A program made the position numbers and the translations under genes. The notes below the pieces were generated by a model that worked only from the letters and a program-made list of their open reading frames with translations, was not told the DNA's origin and did not search any database. From Dehalococcoidales bacterium (lineage in GTDB: Bacteria; Chloroflexota; Dehalococcoidia; Dehalococcoidales; RBG-16-60-22): 64,000 bases of DNA. The stretch lies in the NCBI GenBank assembly GCA_034430375.1, contig DAOUER010000075.1:2027-66026 (forward strand). Reading direction: 5' to 3'. This document shows, piece after piece, positions 29,699 to 39,014 of this stretch (position 1 is the stretch's first letter; every line of letters begins with the position of its first letter).

Positions 29699-30557
29699 GA
29701 TTCTCCAGTCCTTTTAAAACGACCTCTTTCATTAAATCGAAGGGCGCTTTCTGACCGGTCCATTTCTCGAAAGCCATGGCCCCCTGCCAGACGAGCATAT
29801 CGATCCCCGCCACGGTAACGGCGCCGGCGGCTTCGGCTTCCCGGAGTAATCTTGTTCTTACAGGATTATAGACGATATCGACCACAACCAGTTCCGATTT
29901 CAATAGTCCCGCCGGAACCGGACTGGCATCGCTTTCAGGGCTCATGCCTACGCTGGTGGCATTGACCAGGACATCGGACGCCGCCAGCGTTTCCCGGAGA
30001 TATTCGGGCAGCAGTTCAAACACCTTCACCTCTTGAGCGAGGTCTGTTTTAATATTAGCGGCGATCGCCTCCGCCCAGTCGATTTCCTCTCGCCGGTTCA
30101 GGATGGTAAGTCGGGTGTTACGTTCAGCCAAGATGTAGGCGATAGCCCGGGCGGCGCCCCCCGCCCCCAGCAACACGATATTCTTTCGGCGCGGCTCAAT
30201 GCCCCGCTCCAGCAAGGCCTGCAGAAATCCGGAGGCATCGGTATTGTAGCCTTTAAGGACGCCGTTATCGTTCACCACCGTATTGACAGCCCCTATTTTC
30301 TCCGCCAGCGAATCCAGTTCATCCAGCAGCGGGATTACGGCCACCTTGTGCGGAATGGTCACGTTGAATCCAACAACATTCAGGGCTCTTAGTCCGCTAA
30401 CCGCGTCGGATAAATCTTCCGGTCTGACGTGGAAGGGCAGATAAGCATAGTCTAGCCCCAGCTTATCGAAGGCGGCGTTGTGCATCGGCGGCGACATGGT
30501 GTGTTCCACGGGATCGCCGATTAACCCGCATATTTTTGTTTTGCCGGTTATGTTCAT
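29688..30557 (-). CDS. aroE: shikimate dehydrogenase
   Basis: GLIGDPVEHTMSP, NVTIPHK, GAGGAARA motifs. Confidence 0.93.
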   Translation of the reverse strand: MNITGKTKICGLIGDPVEHTMSPPMHNAAFDKLGLDYAYLPFHVRPEDLSDAVSGLRALNVVGFNVTIPHKVAVIPLLDELDSLAEKIGAVNTVVNDNGVLKGYNTDASGFLQALLERGIEPRRKNIVLLGAGGAARAIAYILAERNTRLTILNRREEIDWAEAIAANIKTDLAQEVKVFELLPEYLRETLAASDVLVNATSVGMSPESDASPVPAGLLKSELVVVDIVYNPVRTRLLREAEAAGAVTVAGIDMLVWQGAMAFEKWTGQKAPFDLMKEVVLKGLENRED

Positions 30558-30634
30558 ATCATTTTATCCATATACTATTATCTTTTCTTCTCGGTTACAT
30601 CATTAAAACGCGCCCGAAGGCATCCTGGTGTTCT

Positions 30635-31303
30635 TTAAGCATTATCCACCTCCCCCAACATTCGGTATATCTCCCTGAGTTCTTTTACGGTCAACTGCCC
30701 GGCCGCCGATTCTTTTCCCGGTTCAATCGAGCCGTAGATAAGATACCCACCGACGAGAGGACAAAGCATACGGGAAATCCGCCCTTCGCGACCCATGGCG
30801 AAAGCCACTATCCTGTTCTCCGGGAATTCCTCAACCAGCCGGAGAACACTGGGATTGTCCAAAGTGCCGCGGGCGGTAGTGACAACCTTGCAGATATCAG
30901 CCCCGGCATCCACTTGCCTATGAACAATATCTTTCATCGTTTCCAGTGACGGCGTTTCTTCCAAATTATGATAGGAAAGCAGCACCTCCGCTTTACCCTT
31001 TATTTTCTTGACCAAGTCGCCGACGCCCGGGGTGCTTAGTTCAATATCAACGATGGCCGCCCCCAGGTCGATAGCTTTTAGCAGTTCTTCTATACGAGCT
31101 GTTTCGTTGCCGTTCCAGGCGCCGCCTTCGTCTTTTTTCCGGTTGCAGGCTATCCAGGGTAGGTCGAGTCGTCCGGCCAAATCCTGCCAGCCTTCACCAA
31201 CGAGGTCGATGCGTACCTCGAAAAGGTCGGCCAGCGGCGTGACTTTTTTCACCGACTCAATATCTTTATTCGTGATGGAAGCGCAAATACGGGGACTAGC
31301 CAT
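30635..31303 (-). CDS. aroD: 3-dehydroquinate dehydratase, type I
   Basis: Type I DHQase length and layout (...EVRIDL...SYHN...), in the aro operon context. Confidence 0.85.
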   Translation of the reverse strand: MASPRICASITNKDIESVKKVTPLADLFEVRIDLVGEGWQDLAGRLDLPWIACNRKKDEGGAWNGNETARIEELLKAIDLGAAIVDIELSTPGVGDLVKKIKGKAEVLLSYHNLEETPSLETMKDIVHRQVDAGADICKVVTTARGTLDNPSVLRLVEEFPENRIVAFAMGREGRISRMLCPLVGGYLIYGSIEPGKESAAGQLTVKELREIYRMLGEVDNA

Positions 31304-32375
31304 GGCCGGACAACACCTCCTCTACCAGGGAAGGGCTGACATCATCAGTGACGTAAGCATCCCCGATGGCGTTAAGCAGGACGAACCTTATTTTACCGGC
31401 AGCGACTTTCTTATCGTGCTGCATGGCTTCCATCACCTGAGAAATATCGATATCCGGGACAGTCACGGGCAGACCGGCTCTCCGGAGGAGATTTTCCAGC
31501 CGGGAAACACTTTCCTTGTCTAGTCCACCCAGTCGACTGGATATCCTGGCTTCCGCCACCATGCCGACAGCCACCGCCTGACCGTGCTTCAGTCCGAAGG
31601 CAGAGACAGCCTCAACGGCATGACCTATAGTATGCCCGAAATTTAGCATAGTCCGGAGTCCCGACTCTTTTTCGTCCCGGCCGACTACACCGGCCTTTAT
31701 TCCGGCGTTCCGGTAGACTATCTCTTCCAACACATCTGTATCCAGAGCCCGGGCTTTTTCAATATTTTTGTCTATATAGTCGAAAAGGTCGCTACTCATG
31801 ATAGCTGACATCTTGATAGCTTCCGCCATGCCGTTGGACAGTTCCACGTCCGGCAGCGTTTTTAAGGTACTGACGTCAGCGATTACGAGTCGAGGTTGGT
31901 AGAAGGCGCCAATCATGTTTTTCAACGTACCGTGGTCCACCGCCGTCTTACCGCCGATACTGCTATCCACCTGCGCCAGGAGTGTGGTCGGTACCTGCAC
32001 CAGGGGCACGCCGCGCATATAGGTGGCCGCCACGAAACCGGCCAGATCGCCGATGACTCCCCCACCCAGAGCTATAACGGGAGTAGTCCTTTCCGCATAA
32101 GCACTGGTGAGTTTCTCATAAAGGCCGCCCGCCATTTCCAGGGTCTTCTGCTCTTCACCCGGGGGTATTTCCAGAATACCGCCGCTGAAACCGGCGTTGG
32201 CCAACCCCCCGGATAAAACATCGGCGTAAAGCCCCTTTACGGAAGAATCGGTGATGATAACGACTTTACCGGCATACCCCATCTCCCGCAGCCATTCCCC
32301 CGCCTGCGCCAGTATATCGGCACCGATGCGTACCTCGTAACTATTCTCCTTTAATTCTACCTTCACTTTTTTCAT
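31296..32375 (-). CDS. aroB: 3-dehydroquinate synthase
   Basis: GGGVIGDLAGF, NFGHTIGHA motifs. Confidence 0.95.
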   Translation of the reverse strand: MKKVKVELKENSYEVRIGADILAQAGEWLREMGYAGKVVIITDSSVKGLYADVLSGGLANAGFSGGILEIPPGEEQKTLEMAGGLYEKLTSAYAERTTPVIALGGGVIGDLAGFVAATYMRGVPLVQVPTTLLAQVDSSIGGKTAVDHGTLKNMIGAFYQPRLVIADVSTLKTLPDVELSNGMAEAIKMSAIMSSDLFDYIDKNIEKARALDTDVLEEIVYRNAGIKAGVVGRDEKESGLRTMLNFGHTIGHAVEAVSAFGLKHGQAVAVGMVAEARISSRLGGLDKESVSRLENLLRRAGLPVTVPDIDISQVMEAMQHDKKVAAGKIRFVLLNAIGDAYVTDDVSPSLVEEVLSGHG

Positions 32376-32391
32376 TTATGCCATTTTACCT

Positions 32392-33450
32392 TTACTTCCT
32401 GGTAGATGCAATAATCCCGCGGATACGCCGGCAGGTATCAATTAGTTCTTTAAGCTCATCCGGGGTTATCATCTGCTGGCTATCGACGGGTGATTCCTCC
32501 GGATTGTAATGAGTTTCGATGATCAGTCCTCCGGCACCGGCGGCAATAGCCGCGCAGCTCATATCGAAAATAAGGTCGCTCCGCCCGGTGCCGTGACTGG
32601 GATCGGCAATTACCGGCAGGTAGGTCTCCTTCATGAGAACCGGGATGGCAGCCACGTCGAGGGTATATCGCGTGTAGTTCCTGCCCTTACCCAGCGGCAG
32701 GATGCCCCGCTCGCGTAAAATGATGTCCCGGTTGCCCTCAGCGGCTATATACTCGGCGAAAGATAAAAATTCTTCGATACCCGCGCCGAAATGCCTTTTA
32801 TAAAGGACCGGCTTCTTTTTTCTGGCTACGGCGGAAATCAAATCCTGGTCATACATATTCCGGGTGCCGATTTGTATAATATCGACGTATTCGGCTACCA
32901 TGTCGACCTGTGATTCGCCCCTGACCTCGGTTATTACCGGCAGTCCGTACCGGTCACCGGCCTCACGCAGCCAGCTTAAAGCTTCCTCGGCCTGCTCCCG
33001 TCCGTTAGCGCCCAGACCCTGGAAGCTGTGGACGGACATCCTCGGCTTGAAGATGCCTCCCCGCAGGATATGGGCCCCGGCCTTTTTAACGCCCTCGGCT
33101 ATTTTGAAAAGCTGCTGCCTGCTTTCCACGGCGCACGGTCCGGCGATGTAGACCGGCTCGTCACCGCCGATGCTGACATCATTAATTTCAATAACGCGGC
33201 GTCGCATCTCCTGGTCATAATACCCGGCATATTCCCGGCTGATCAGCCGGTAGGGCGTGTCCACCATCATCGCCTCTTTGACGCCGGGAAGGACCGCCAG
33301 GTGGGAAAACGGCACCTTATTCTGGTCCCCCACCAGGTTGATTACCGTGCTGGCGCCCCGGGTAACATCGGCGCGCAGGCCGTATTTAGTCGTTTCCCTG
33401 ACCACCTCCGTAATTTCCCGGTCGGTGGCTTCCGGTCTCATGATTATCAT
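32392..33450 (-). CDS. aroF: 3-deoxy-7-phosphoheptulonate (DAHP) synthase, type I-beta with an N-terminal ferredoxin-like regulatory domain
   Basis: Roughly 80 aa N-terminal regulatory domain followed by a KDSA/DAHPS TIM barrel (GPCAVES...DPSH). AAGGAG SD 8 nt upstream of the ATG. Confidence 0.9.
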   Translation of the reverse strand: MIIMRPEATDREITEVVRETTKYGLRADVTRGASTVINLVGDQNKVPFSHLAVLPGVKEAMMVDTPYRLISREYAGYYDQEMRRRVIEINDVSIGGDEPVYIAGPCAVESRQQLFKIAEGVKKAGAHILRGGIFKPRMSVHSFQGLGANGREQAEEALSWLREAGDRYGLPVITEVRGESQVDMVAEYVDIIQIGTRNMYDQDLISAVARKKKPVLYKRHFGAGIEEFLSFAEYIAAEGNRDIILRERGILPLGKGRNYTRYTLDVAAIPVLMKETYLPVIADPSHGTGRSDLIFDMSCAAIAAGAGGLIIETHYNPEESPVDSQQMITPDELKELIDTCRRIRGIIASTRK

Positions 33451-33504
33451 TTTTCTAACTCCTTATATTTATGTCTTGTATATATTCAAGTCGGGCAATT
33501 ACCC

Positions 33505-33531
33505 AATAAAAAAACCCTCCGTGAGGAGGGC
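33505..33531 (-). terminator. intrinsic terminator/attenuator hairpin in the aro operon leader
   Basis: Minus strand reads GCCCUCC-UCAC-GGAGGGU followed by UUUUUUUAUU, ending about 55 nt before the aroF ATG. Confidence 0.65.
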
Positions 33532-33599
33532 TGTCTCTACTTTATAACTTTACTATTACTTGATTATGAATATGTTTATATGCCTCGGCCCTCCTTCAC
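33521..33599 (-). promoter_or_regulatory. candidate antiterminator pairing (33599-33588 with 33531-21)
   Basis: GUGAAGGAGGGC is complementary to GCCCUCCUCAC with one bulged A. This pairing is mutually exclusive with the terminator stem. Confidence 0.5.
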
Positions 33600-33662
33600 G
33601 CTAAAAGCGCGCCAAGTAAATGTAAAGCTAAAATAATATGTATTTATCACGTGTTTTTTCAT
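33576..33662 (-). CDS. candidate aromatic-rich leader peptide (28 aa): MKKHVINTYYFSFTFTWRAFSVKEGRGI
   Basis: Hand-translated small ORF between the promoter and the terminator. Seven of codons 9-20 encode Tyr/Phe/Trp. Its 3' end overlaps the antiterminator strand. The SD is weak. Confidence 0.5.
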   Translation of the reverse strand: MKKHVINTYYFSFTFTWRAFSVKEGRGI

Positions 33663-33687
33663 TGCTATCACTGTCAATATATTATAT

Positions 33688-33716
33688 AATATAACATAAC
33701 GTCGCCATCCCGTCAA
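33688..33716 (-). promoter_or_regulatory. candidate sigma-70 promoter of the aro operon (TTGACG-17 nt-TATATT)
   Basis: Minus strand has TTGACG at 33716-33711 and TATATT at 33693-33688. Confidence 0.5.
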
Positions 33717-33768
33717 TACATATCCCGGTACTAGACCTGATTTATGGCATTTTCCACCCGGAAAAATG

Positions 33769-33797
33769 TTGACAGACAGTACCGATTTGTGTTAATT
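33769..33797 (+). promoter_or_regulatory. candidate promoter of the str operon (TTGACA-17 nt-TTAATT, preceded by TGTG)
   Basis: TTGACA at 33769-33774 and a -10-like TTAATT at 33792-33797 with an upstream TG. Confidence 0.4.
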
Positions 33798-33923
33798 TTT
33801 ATATTTAGTGCTCAGTATTCAGCGTTAGTGACGGAGAATGTTAGAGAAAACGAAATCTGTCGCTAGATCTTGGAATGGATGGGCTAAGGCTCATCCATTG
33901 TGATTGTGGGAGAAAAAAGAATA

Positions 33924-34355
33924 ATGCCAACGATAAATCAACTGGTACGCAAAGGACGCAAAAAGACGGCTAAAAAAGACAAGACGCCGGCGCTGGGTTT
34001 TACCTATAACGCCCTGAAAAACCGGGTATTGTCCGGCAAGAGCTCGCCGCAGAAACGCGGCGTCTGCGTGCAGGTAAAGACCACCACGCCCAAGAAGCCT
34101 AATTCGGCGCTGCGCAAGATAGCCAGAGTACGGCTGACCAACCACGTCGAGGTAACGGCTTATATCCCGGGTGAGGGACATGAGCTCCAGGAGCACTCCG
34201 TGGTCCTGATCCGCGGCGGTCGTGTGAGAGACCTGCCCGGCGTACGTTACCACGTTGTCCGGGGCGCTCTGGATACCGCCGGAGTGGCCGACCGCAAACA
34301 GGGTCGCAGTAAGTACGGCAGCAAGAAGGCCAAGACCAGGACCGAGATAGAATAA
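33924..34355 (+). CDS. rpsL: 30S ribosomal protein uS12
   Basis: [14 protein letters not shown]... Start at the internal ATG of the ORF-track ORF. Confidence 0.97.
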   Translation: MPTINQLVRKGRKKTAKKDKTPALGFTYNALKNRVLSGKSSPQKRGVCVQVKTTTPKKPNSALRKIARVRLTNHVEVTAYIPGEGHELQEHSVVLIRGGRVRDLPGVRYHVVRGALDTAGVADRKQGRSKYGSKKAKTRTEIE

Positions 34356-34367
34356 CAGAGGGACATT

Positions 34368-34838
34368 ATGCCGAGAAGAGCCAGAGCTCAAAAAAGAGAA
34401 GTTTATCCTGATGCGAAATACCGCAGCGCGACGGTAGCCAGATTTATCGCCAAGATAATGCTCTGCGGGAAGAAACGAACGGCGGAAAACATCGTCTACG
34501 GTGCGCTGGAAAAACTGGGACAGCAGGTACAGAAAGACCCCGTAGCCGCCCTGGAACAGGCGGTACGTAACGCCACTCCCCTGCTGCAGGTCAAACCCAG
34601 GCGGGTTGGCGGCGCTACCTACCAGGTGCCGGTAGAAGTCCAGCCCGACCGCGGTCTTTTCCTGGCGCTTACCTGGCTGATTGCTTCCGCTCGCGCCCGT
34701 AAAGGCAAACCGATGGTGGACAAACTGGCCGATGAACTGACCGATGCTTTCCAGGGTCAGGGAACAACGATTAAGAAACGCGAAGATACGCATAGAATGG
34801 CGGAGGCCAACCGGGCTTTCGCTCACTATAGATGGTAA
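34368..34838 (+). CDS. rpsG: 30S ribosomal protein uS7
   Basis: [12 protein letters not shown]...uS7 family. Confidence 0.97.
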   Translation: MPRRARAQKREVYPDAKYRSATVARFIAKIMLCGKKRTAENIVYGALEKLGQQVQKDPVAALEQAVRNATPLLQVKPRRVGGATYQVPVEVQPDRGLFLALTWLIASARARKGKPMVDKLADELTDAFQGQGTTIKKREDTHRMAEANRAFAHYRW

Positions 34839-34900
34839 GAGGTTTTTTGAAAATTAGCAACGCCAACCTAAAAAATACAAAGACAACGGGAGAAAAAAAG

Positions 34901-36988
34901 GTGCCCAGGAGCTTTCCTCTAGAGGATATCCGCAATATTGGCATTATCGCCCATATCGACGCCGGTAAGACAACCGTTACCGAGCGGATACTCTTTTATA
35001 CCGGGCGTACCTATAAAATGGGTGAGGTTCACGAAGGCACCGCCGTCATGGACTGGATGGAACAGGAAAGGCAACGCGGCATCACTATCACCGCCGCCGC
35101 CACTACCTGCGACTGGCGTAACCACCGCATTAATATCATCGACACTCCCGGACACGTCGACTTTACCGCCGAGGTGGAACGCAGCCTCAGGGTACTCGAC
35201 GGTGGCCTAGTGGTATTCGATGCCGTAGCCGGCGTGGAAGCACAGTCGGAGACGGTCTGGCGGCAGGCCGACCGTTACAAGGTACCGCGAATCTGCTTCA
35301 TTAATAAAATGGACAGGGTCGGCGCTAATTTTCACAGAACCGTATTAATGATTGAGAACCGCCTTCAGGCGGTTCCTTTGCTGATACAGGTTCCCCTTAA
35401 TGATGAAGTTTCCTTCCAGGATGTTGTTGACCTGGTAGAAAATAAAGCCTGGAGAATGAATACCGACCCCGAAAAAGGACCGGAAGAGATTACCATACCG
35501 GAATCAGAGACGGACAGGATTATCGAACTGCGCCATTCGCTTATCACCAAGCTGGCCGAGTATGATGACGCCATGATGGTGGCCTATATTGAAGGCCACG
35601 AGGTCAGTCCCGAAGAACTAAAACAAGCTTTAAGACGGGTAACTTTAAAAAATAAAGGGGTGCCCGTTCTTTGCGGTAGCGCCCTGAAAAATATGGGAAT
35701 TTTCTCCCTGCTGGATGCCATCGTTGATTACCTGCCTTCACCCGTGGAAGTACCGCCGGTAGAGGGTACCGATAGCAAAACGGGCGATATTATCACCCGT
35801 ACCTCCAGCGATGACACCCCGTTTGCGGCGCTGGCCTTCAAAGTAGTCACCGACCCCTTCGTGGGTCGGCTCGTTTATTTCAGGGTATATTCGGGCAAGG
35901 TAAAAATAGGCTCACAGATATATAATCCCACCCGCGGCCGGACCGAAAGAGTCGGCCGTCTCCTGCTGATGCACGCCAATCACCGTGAAGACGTAGAGAT
36001 TGCCGATACCGGGTCTATCGTGGCAACACTGGGACTAAAAAACACCTTTACCGGCGATACTCTTTGCGATGCTTCCAACGGGATTATCCTGGAGACAATC
36101 CGTTTCCCGGAACCGGTAATTTCGGTGGCCATCGAGCCCAAGACCAGGGTAGACCAGGAAAAAATGGGTGAAGCCCTGCAGAAATTAACCGAAGAAGACC
36201 CCACGTTTAAGGTCGTCTTTAACGAAGATACCGGACAGACAGTTATCTCCGGCATGGGAGAACTCCACCTGGAGGTTATCGCCAGCCGGCTGATAAGCGA
36301 ATTCCGGGTGGGCGTGAAAGTAGGACAGCCGCGCGTTTCCTACCGCGAGACGATAACGGTGCCGGTGCGGGCCGAGGGCAAATTCGTGCGGCAGAGCGGC
36401 GGTCACGGGCAGTACGGACATGTCAACGTGGAATTAGAGCCCCTCGAACGCGGCCAAGGGTTCCAGTTCGTCGAGTCCATCAAGGGCGGCACGATACCCA
36501 AACAATATATCTCCCCGATAGAGACGGGCATTAAAGAATCCATGGAGACGGGCATACTGGCCGGTTATCCCGTGGTGGATATTAAAGCCACGCTCTATGA
36601 CGGCAGTTACCACGAGGTCGATTCCTCGGAAATCGCTTTCAAGATGGCCGGCTCCATAGCCCTCCGGGAGGGCATGAAGAAAGCCAAGCCGGTACTCCTG
36701 GAGCCGATTATGAAACTGGAAGTAGTCACCCCGGAGCAGTTCCTGGGTGATATCATCGGCGATATAAACGCTAAAAGGGGTCACATAGCCAAGATTGACA
36801 CACAGGGTGAGACATACGTTATTCATTGCCTGATACCGCTCTCTGAATCGTTCGGCTATGCCACCAGACTAAGGTCAATATCGCAGGGAAGAGCCACCCA
36901 TTCGCTGGAATTTAACAGCTACGAGGTACTGCCGGCAGAATTGACCGACCAGATTATAGAAAAGACTGTGGGTAGAAAATATGGCTAA
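34901..36988 (+). CDS. fusA: elongation factor G
   Basis: [16 protein letters not shown]-domain. Likely GTG start at 34901 with GGGAG 8 nt upstream; the ORF-track start is 34832. Confidence 0.96.
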   Translation: MPRSFPLEDIRNIGIIAHIDAGKTTVTERILFYTGRTYKMGEVHEGTAVMDWMEQERQRGITITAAATTCDWRNHRINIIDTPGHVDFTAEVERSLRVLDGGLVVFDAVAGVEAQSETVWRQADRYKVPRICFINKMDRVGANFHRTVLMIENRLQAVPLLIQVPLNDEVSFQDVVDLVENKAWRMNTDPEKGPEEITIPESETDRIIELRHSLITKLAEYDDAMMVAYIEGHEVSPEELKQALRRVTLKNKGVPVLCGSALKNMGIFSLLDAIVDYLPSPVEVPPVEGTDSKTGDIITRTSSDDTPFAALAFKVVTDPFVGRLVYFRVYSGKVKIGSQIYNPTRGRTERVGRLLLMHANHREDVEIADTGSIVATLGLKNTFTGDTLCDASNGIILETIRFPEPVISVAIEPKTRVDQEKMGEALQKLTEEDPTFKVVFNEDTGQTVISGMGELHLEVIASRLISEFRVGVKVGQPRVSYRETITVPVRAEGKFVRQSGGHGQYGHVNVELEPLERGQGFQFVESIKGGTIPKQYISPIETGIKESMETGILAGYPVVDIKATLYDGSYHEVDSSEIAFKMAGSIALREGMKKAKPVLLEPIMKLEVVTPEQFLGDIIGDINAKRGHIAKIDTQGETYVIHCLIPLSESFGYATRLRSISQGRATHSLEFNSYEVLPAELTDQIIEKTVGRKYG

Positions 36989-37292
36989 TCAGAAAATCCG
37001 CATCAAATTAAAGGGGTTCGACCATAAACTGGTTGACCAGTCGGCGCAGCAGATACTGGAAGCGGTGGAAAGCACCGGCGCGGTGGCCGTAGGGCCGGTA
37101 CCGCTGCCGACACGCATCCAGAAATACAGCGTTATCCGTTCACCGTTTATCGATAAGGACTCGCAGGAGCAATTCGAGATACGTACCCACAAGCGCCTGA
37201 TAGATATCGTGCAGACAACGTCCAAGACCATCGATGCGCTGACCAAGCTCAACCTGCCCTCGGGAGTGGAAATAGATATTAAAATGCAATAG
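36981..37292 (+). CDS. rpsJ: 30S ribosomal protein uS10
   Basis: [16 protein letters not shown]... Overlaps the fusA stop by 8 nt. Confidence 0.97.
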   Translation: MANQKIRIKLKGFDHKLVDQSAQQILEAVESTGAVAVGPVPLPTRIQKYSVIRSPFIDKDSQEQFEIRTHKRLIDIVQTTSKTIDALTKLNLPSGVEIDIKMQ

Positions 37293-37303
37293 CAGATATT
37301 GAT

Positions 37304-37930
37304 ATGACTGACGGTATAATCGGGAAAAAAATAGGAATGACCCAGGTCTATGACGATGACGGCAAAGTACACGCTATTACCGCCATCGCGGCCGGGCCGT
37401 GCACGGTTACCCAGCTGAAAACGGTAGAAAAGGAAGGGTATAACGCTACCCAACTAGGTTTCGGGGGTAACGAGCCGGCTAAATCTTCGCGGAAAAAGAA
37501 GGCTAAAGAGAAGGTACGCTACGCTGTGACGCGTGAATTCCGTGTAGATGACATCGGCGACCTGGAAACAGGACAAACAGTCGACGTGGGCCTGTTCAAA
37601 GCCGGCGACATCGTGAATGTTACCGGGATTTCCAAGGGCAAAGGATTCGCCGGCACGGTAAAACGCCATCACTTCGCCGGTGGCCCCAAGACCCACGGCC
37701 AGTCCGACCGCCACCGTGCGCCGGGTTCCGTCGGGGCCGGCTCCACGCCGGGCCGGGTGGTCAAAGGCATGCGCATGGCCGGGCACATGGGACACCAGCA
37801 GGTAACCGTCAGCAACCTGGAGGTCTTCGAGGCGGATTCCGACCGTAACCTGCTATTCCTGAAAGGTGCCGTACCGGGGACGAAAAACACCATATTACTG
37901 ATACGGAAATCCAGGAGGGTGAAGAAGTAG
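37304..37930 (+). CDS. rplC: 50S ribosomal protein uL3
   Basis: uL3 family sequence (GKKIGMTQV..., FAGT..RHHF). Confidence 0.97.
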   Translation: MTDGIIGKKIGMTQVYDDDGKVHAITAIAAGPCTVTQLKTVEKEGYNATQLGFGGNEPAKSSRKKKAKEKVRYAVTREFRVDDIGDLETGQTVDVGLFKAGDIVNVTGISKGKGFAGTVKRHHFAGGPKTHGQSDRHRAPGSVGAGSTPGRVVKGMRMAGHMGHQQVTVSNLEVFEADSDRNLLFLKGAVPGTKNTILLIRKSRRVKK

Positions 37931-38586
37931 TGCAGATTCCGGTTTATAACGTATCCGGGGAAGAAGTCCGGCAGATTGAAGTAAGCGACGCGGTTTTCGG
38001 CGTGCCGTTCAACGAGGCTATCGTCCACCAGGTAATGGTGGGACAGCAGGCCAACGCCCGTCAGGGGACCGCTGCCACCAAGACGAGGGGAAATATTCGG
38101 GGCAGCACCCGGAAGCTTTACCGGCAGAAAGGCACCGGCTATGCCCGGGCCGGTAGCAAGAAATCGCCGCTGCGCGTCGGGGGCGGGGTTACTTTCGGTC
38201 CGCACCCGAGGAGCTACCACCAGGACCTGCCGAAAAAGATGCGAAGGCTGGCCTTAAAATGCGTCCTTTCCGCTAAAGTTGCCGACGGCGAACTAAAGGT
38301 GCTGGAGAAATGGGACTTCACCGAACCCAGGACCAAGCAGATGGCCGCCGCCCTGGCCGCGCTGGGCATCGAAAGCTCAGCCCTGATTGTGACGCCGGAG
38401 CCGGATGAAAATGTAATAAAATCGGCCCGTAATATCAAGAAAATCAAGACATTACCGGCCAATATAATTAACGTAAATGAAATACTGACCTACCGGACTT
38501 TACTGATGACCGAAGCCGCGGTGCGCCTGGCGGAAAAACTCTGGGGCAACGGCAATACGCAGGGAGAAAACAATGCATCTGCATGA
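37930..38586 (+). CDS. rplD: 50S ribosomal protein uL4
   Basis: uL4 family. GTG start overlaps the rplC stop (TAGTG). Confidence 0.95.
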   Translation: MQIPVYNVSGEEVRQIEVSDAVFGVPFNEAIVHQVMVGQQANARQGTAATKTRGNIRGSTRKLYRQKGTGYARAGSKKSPLRVGGGVTFGPHPRSYHQDLPKKMRRLALKCVLSAKVADGELKVLEKWDFTEPRTKQMAAALAALGIESSALIVTPEPDENVIKSARNIKKIKTLPANIINVNEILTYRTLLMTEAAVRLAEKLWGNGNTQGENNASA

Positions 38587-38857
38587 AGTATTGCGCAAGC
38601 CGCTGATTACCGAAAAAAGCACCGACCTTCAGTCGCTTAATAAATACGCTTTTGAAATAGCTTCTAAGGCCAACAAGCCGCAGGTAAAGAAGGCGGTAGA
38701 AAACGCCTTCAAGGTAAAGGTAACCAGTGTTAACGTCATTACCATGCCCGGGAAGTCCCGCCGTTTGGGGCGCCGTATTGTACAGTACCCATCCTGGAAG
38801 AAAGCGATCGTAACGTTGCAGCCCGGGGATAAAATAGAATTCTTTGAAGGTGTTTAA
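38573..38857 (+). CDS. rplW: 50S ribosomal protein uL23
   Basis: LRKPLITEKS... uL23 family. Confidence 0.96.
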   Translation: MHLHEVLRKPLITEKSTDLQSLNKYAFEIASKANKPQVKKAVENAFKVKVTSVNVITMPGKSRRLGRRIVQYPSWKKAIVTLQPGDKIEFFEGV

Positions 38858-38860
38858 TAA

Positions 38861-38965
38861 CGGGGAAGTTTGAAGGGGCGGAATCCCTTCATAAAACACC
38901 CTTCCCCCTCTCCTTTGAAGGAGAGTTGGACCGAGGGGGTGAGGATGAAGGCGGGGGACGGGTGG
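38861..38965. repeat. G-tract/C-tract hairpin repeat element inserted between rplW and rplB
   Basis: Hairpins GAAGGG...CCCTTC (38872-38890) and CTCTCCTT-TG-AAGGAGAG (38908-38925), followed by GAGGGGGTGAGG...GGCGGGGGACGGGTGG. Confidence 0.6.
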
Positions 38966-39014
38966 TAAATAAAAATTGAAAAAGCTACCAGGAATATCGG
39001 AGTAAAAATATAAA

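Noticed and set aside
33891-34826. A 311 aa minus-strand ORF opposite rpsL/rpsG. Similar long antisense ORFs lie opposite aroC (26865-27827), rplB (39198-39890), glyA (18227-18892) and rplM (53396-54013).
   Set aside because: The same shadow-ORF phenomenon, opposite highly conserved and strongly codon-biased genes. No independent support.
36975-36990. Absence of tuf between fusA and rpsJ, as a possible deletion or mis-assembly.
   Set aside because: The fusA stop and the rpsJ start overlap cleanly by 8 nt (ATGGCTAA), with no scar or repeat. Having tuf elsewhere is a known synteny variant.
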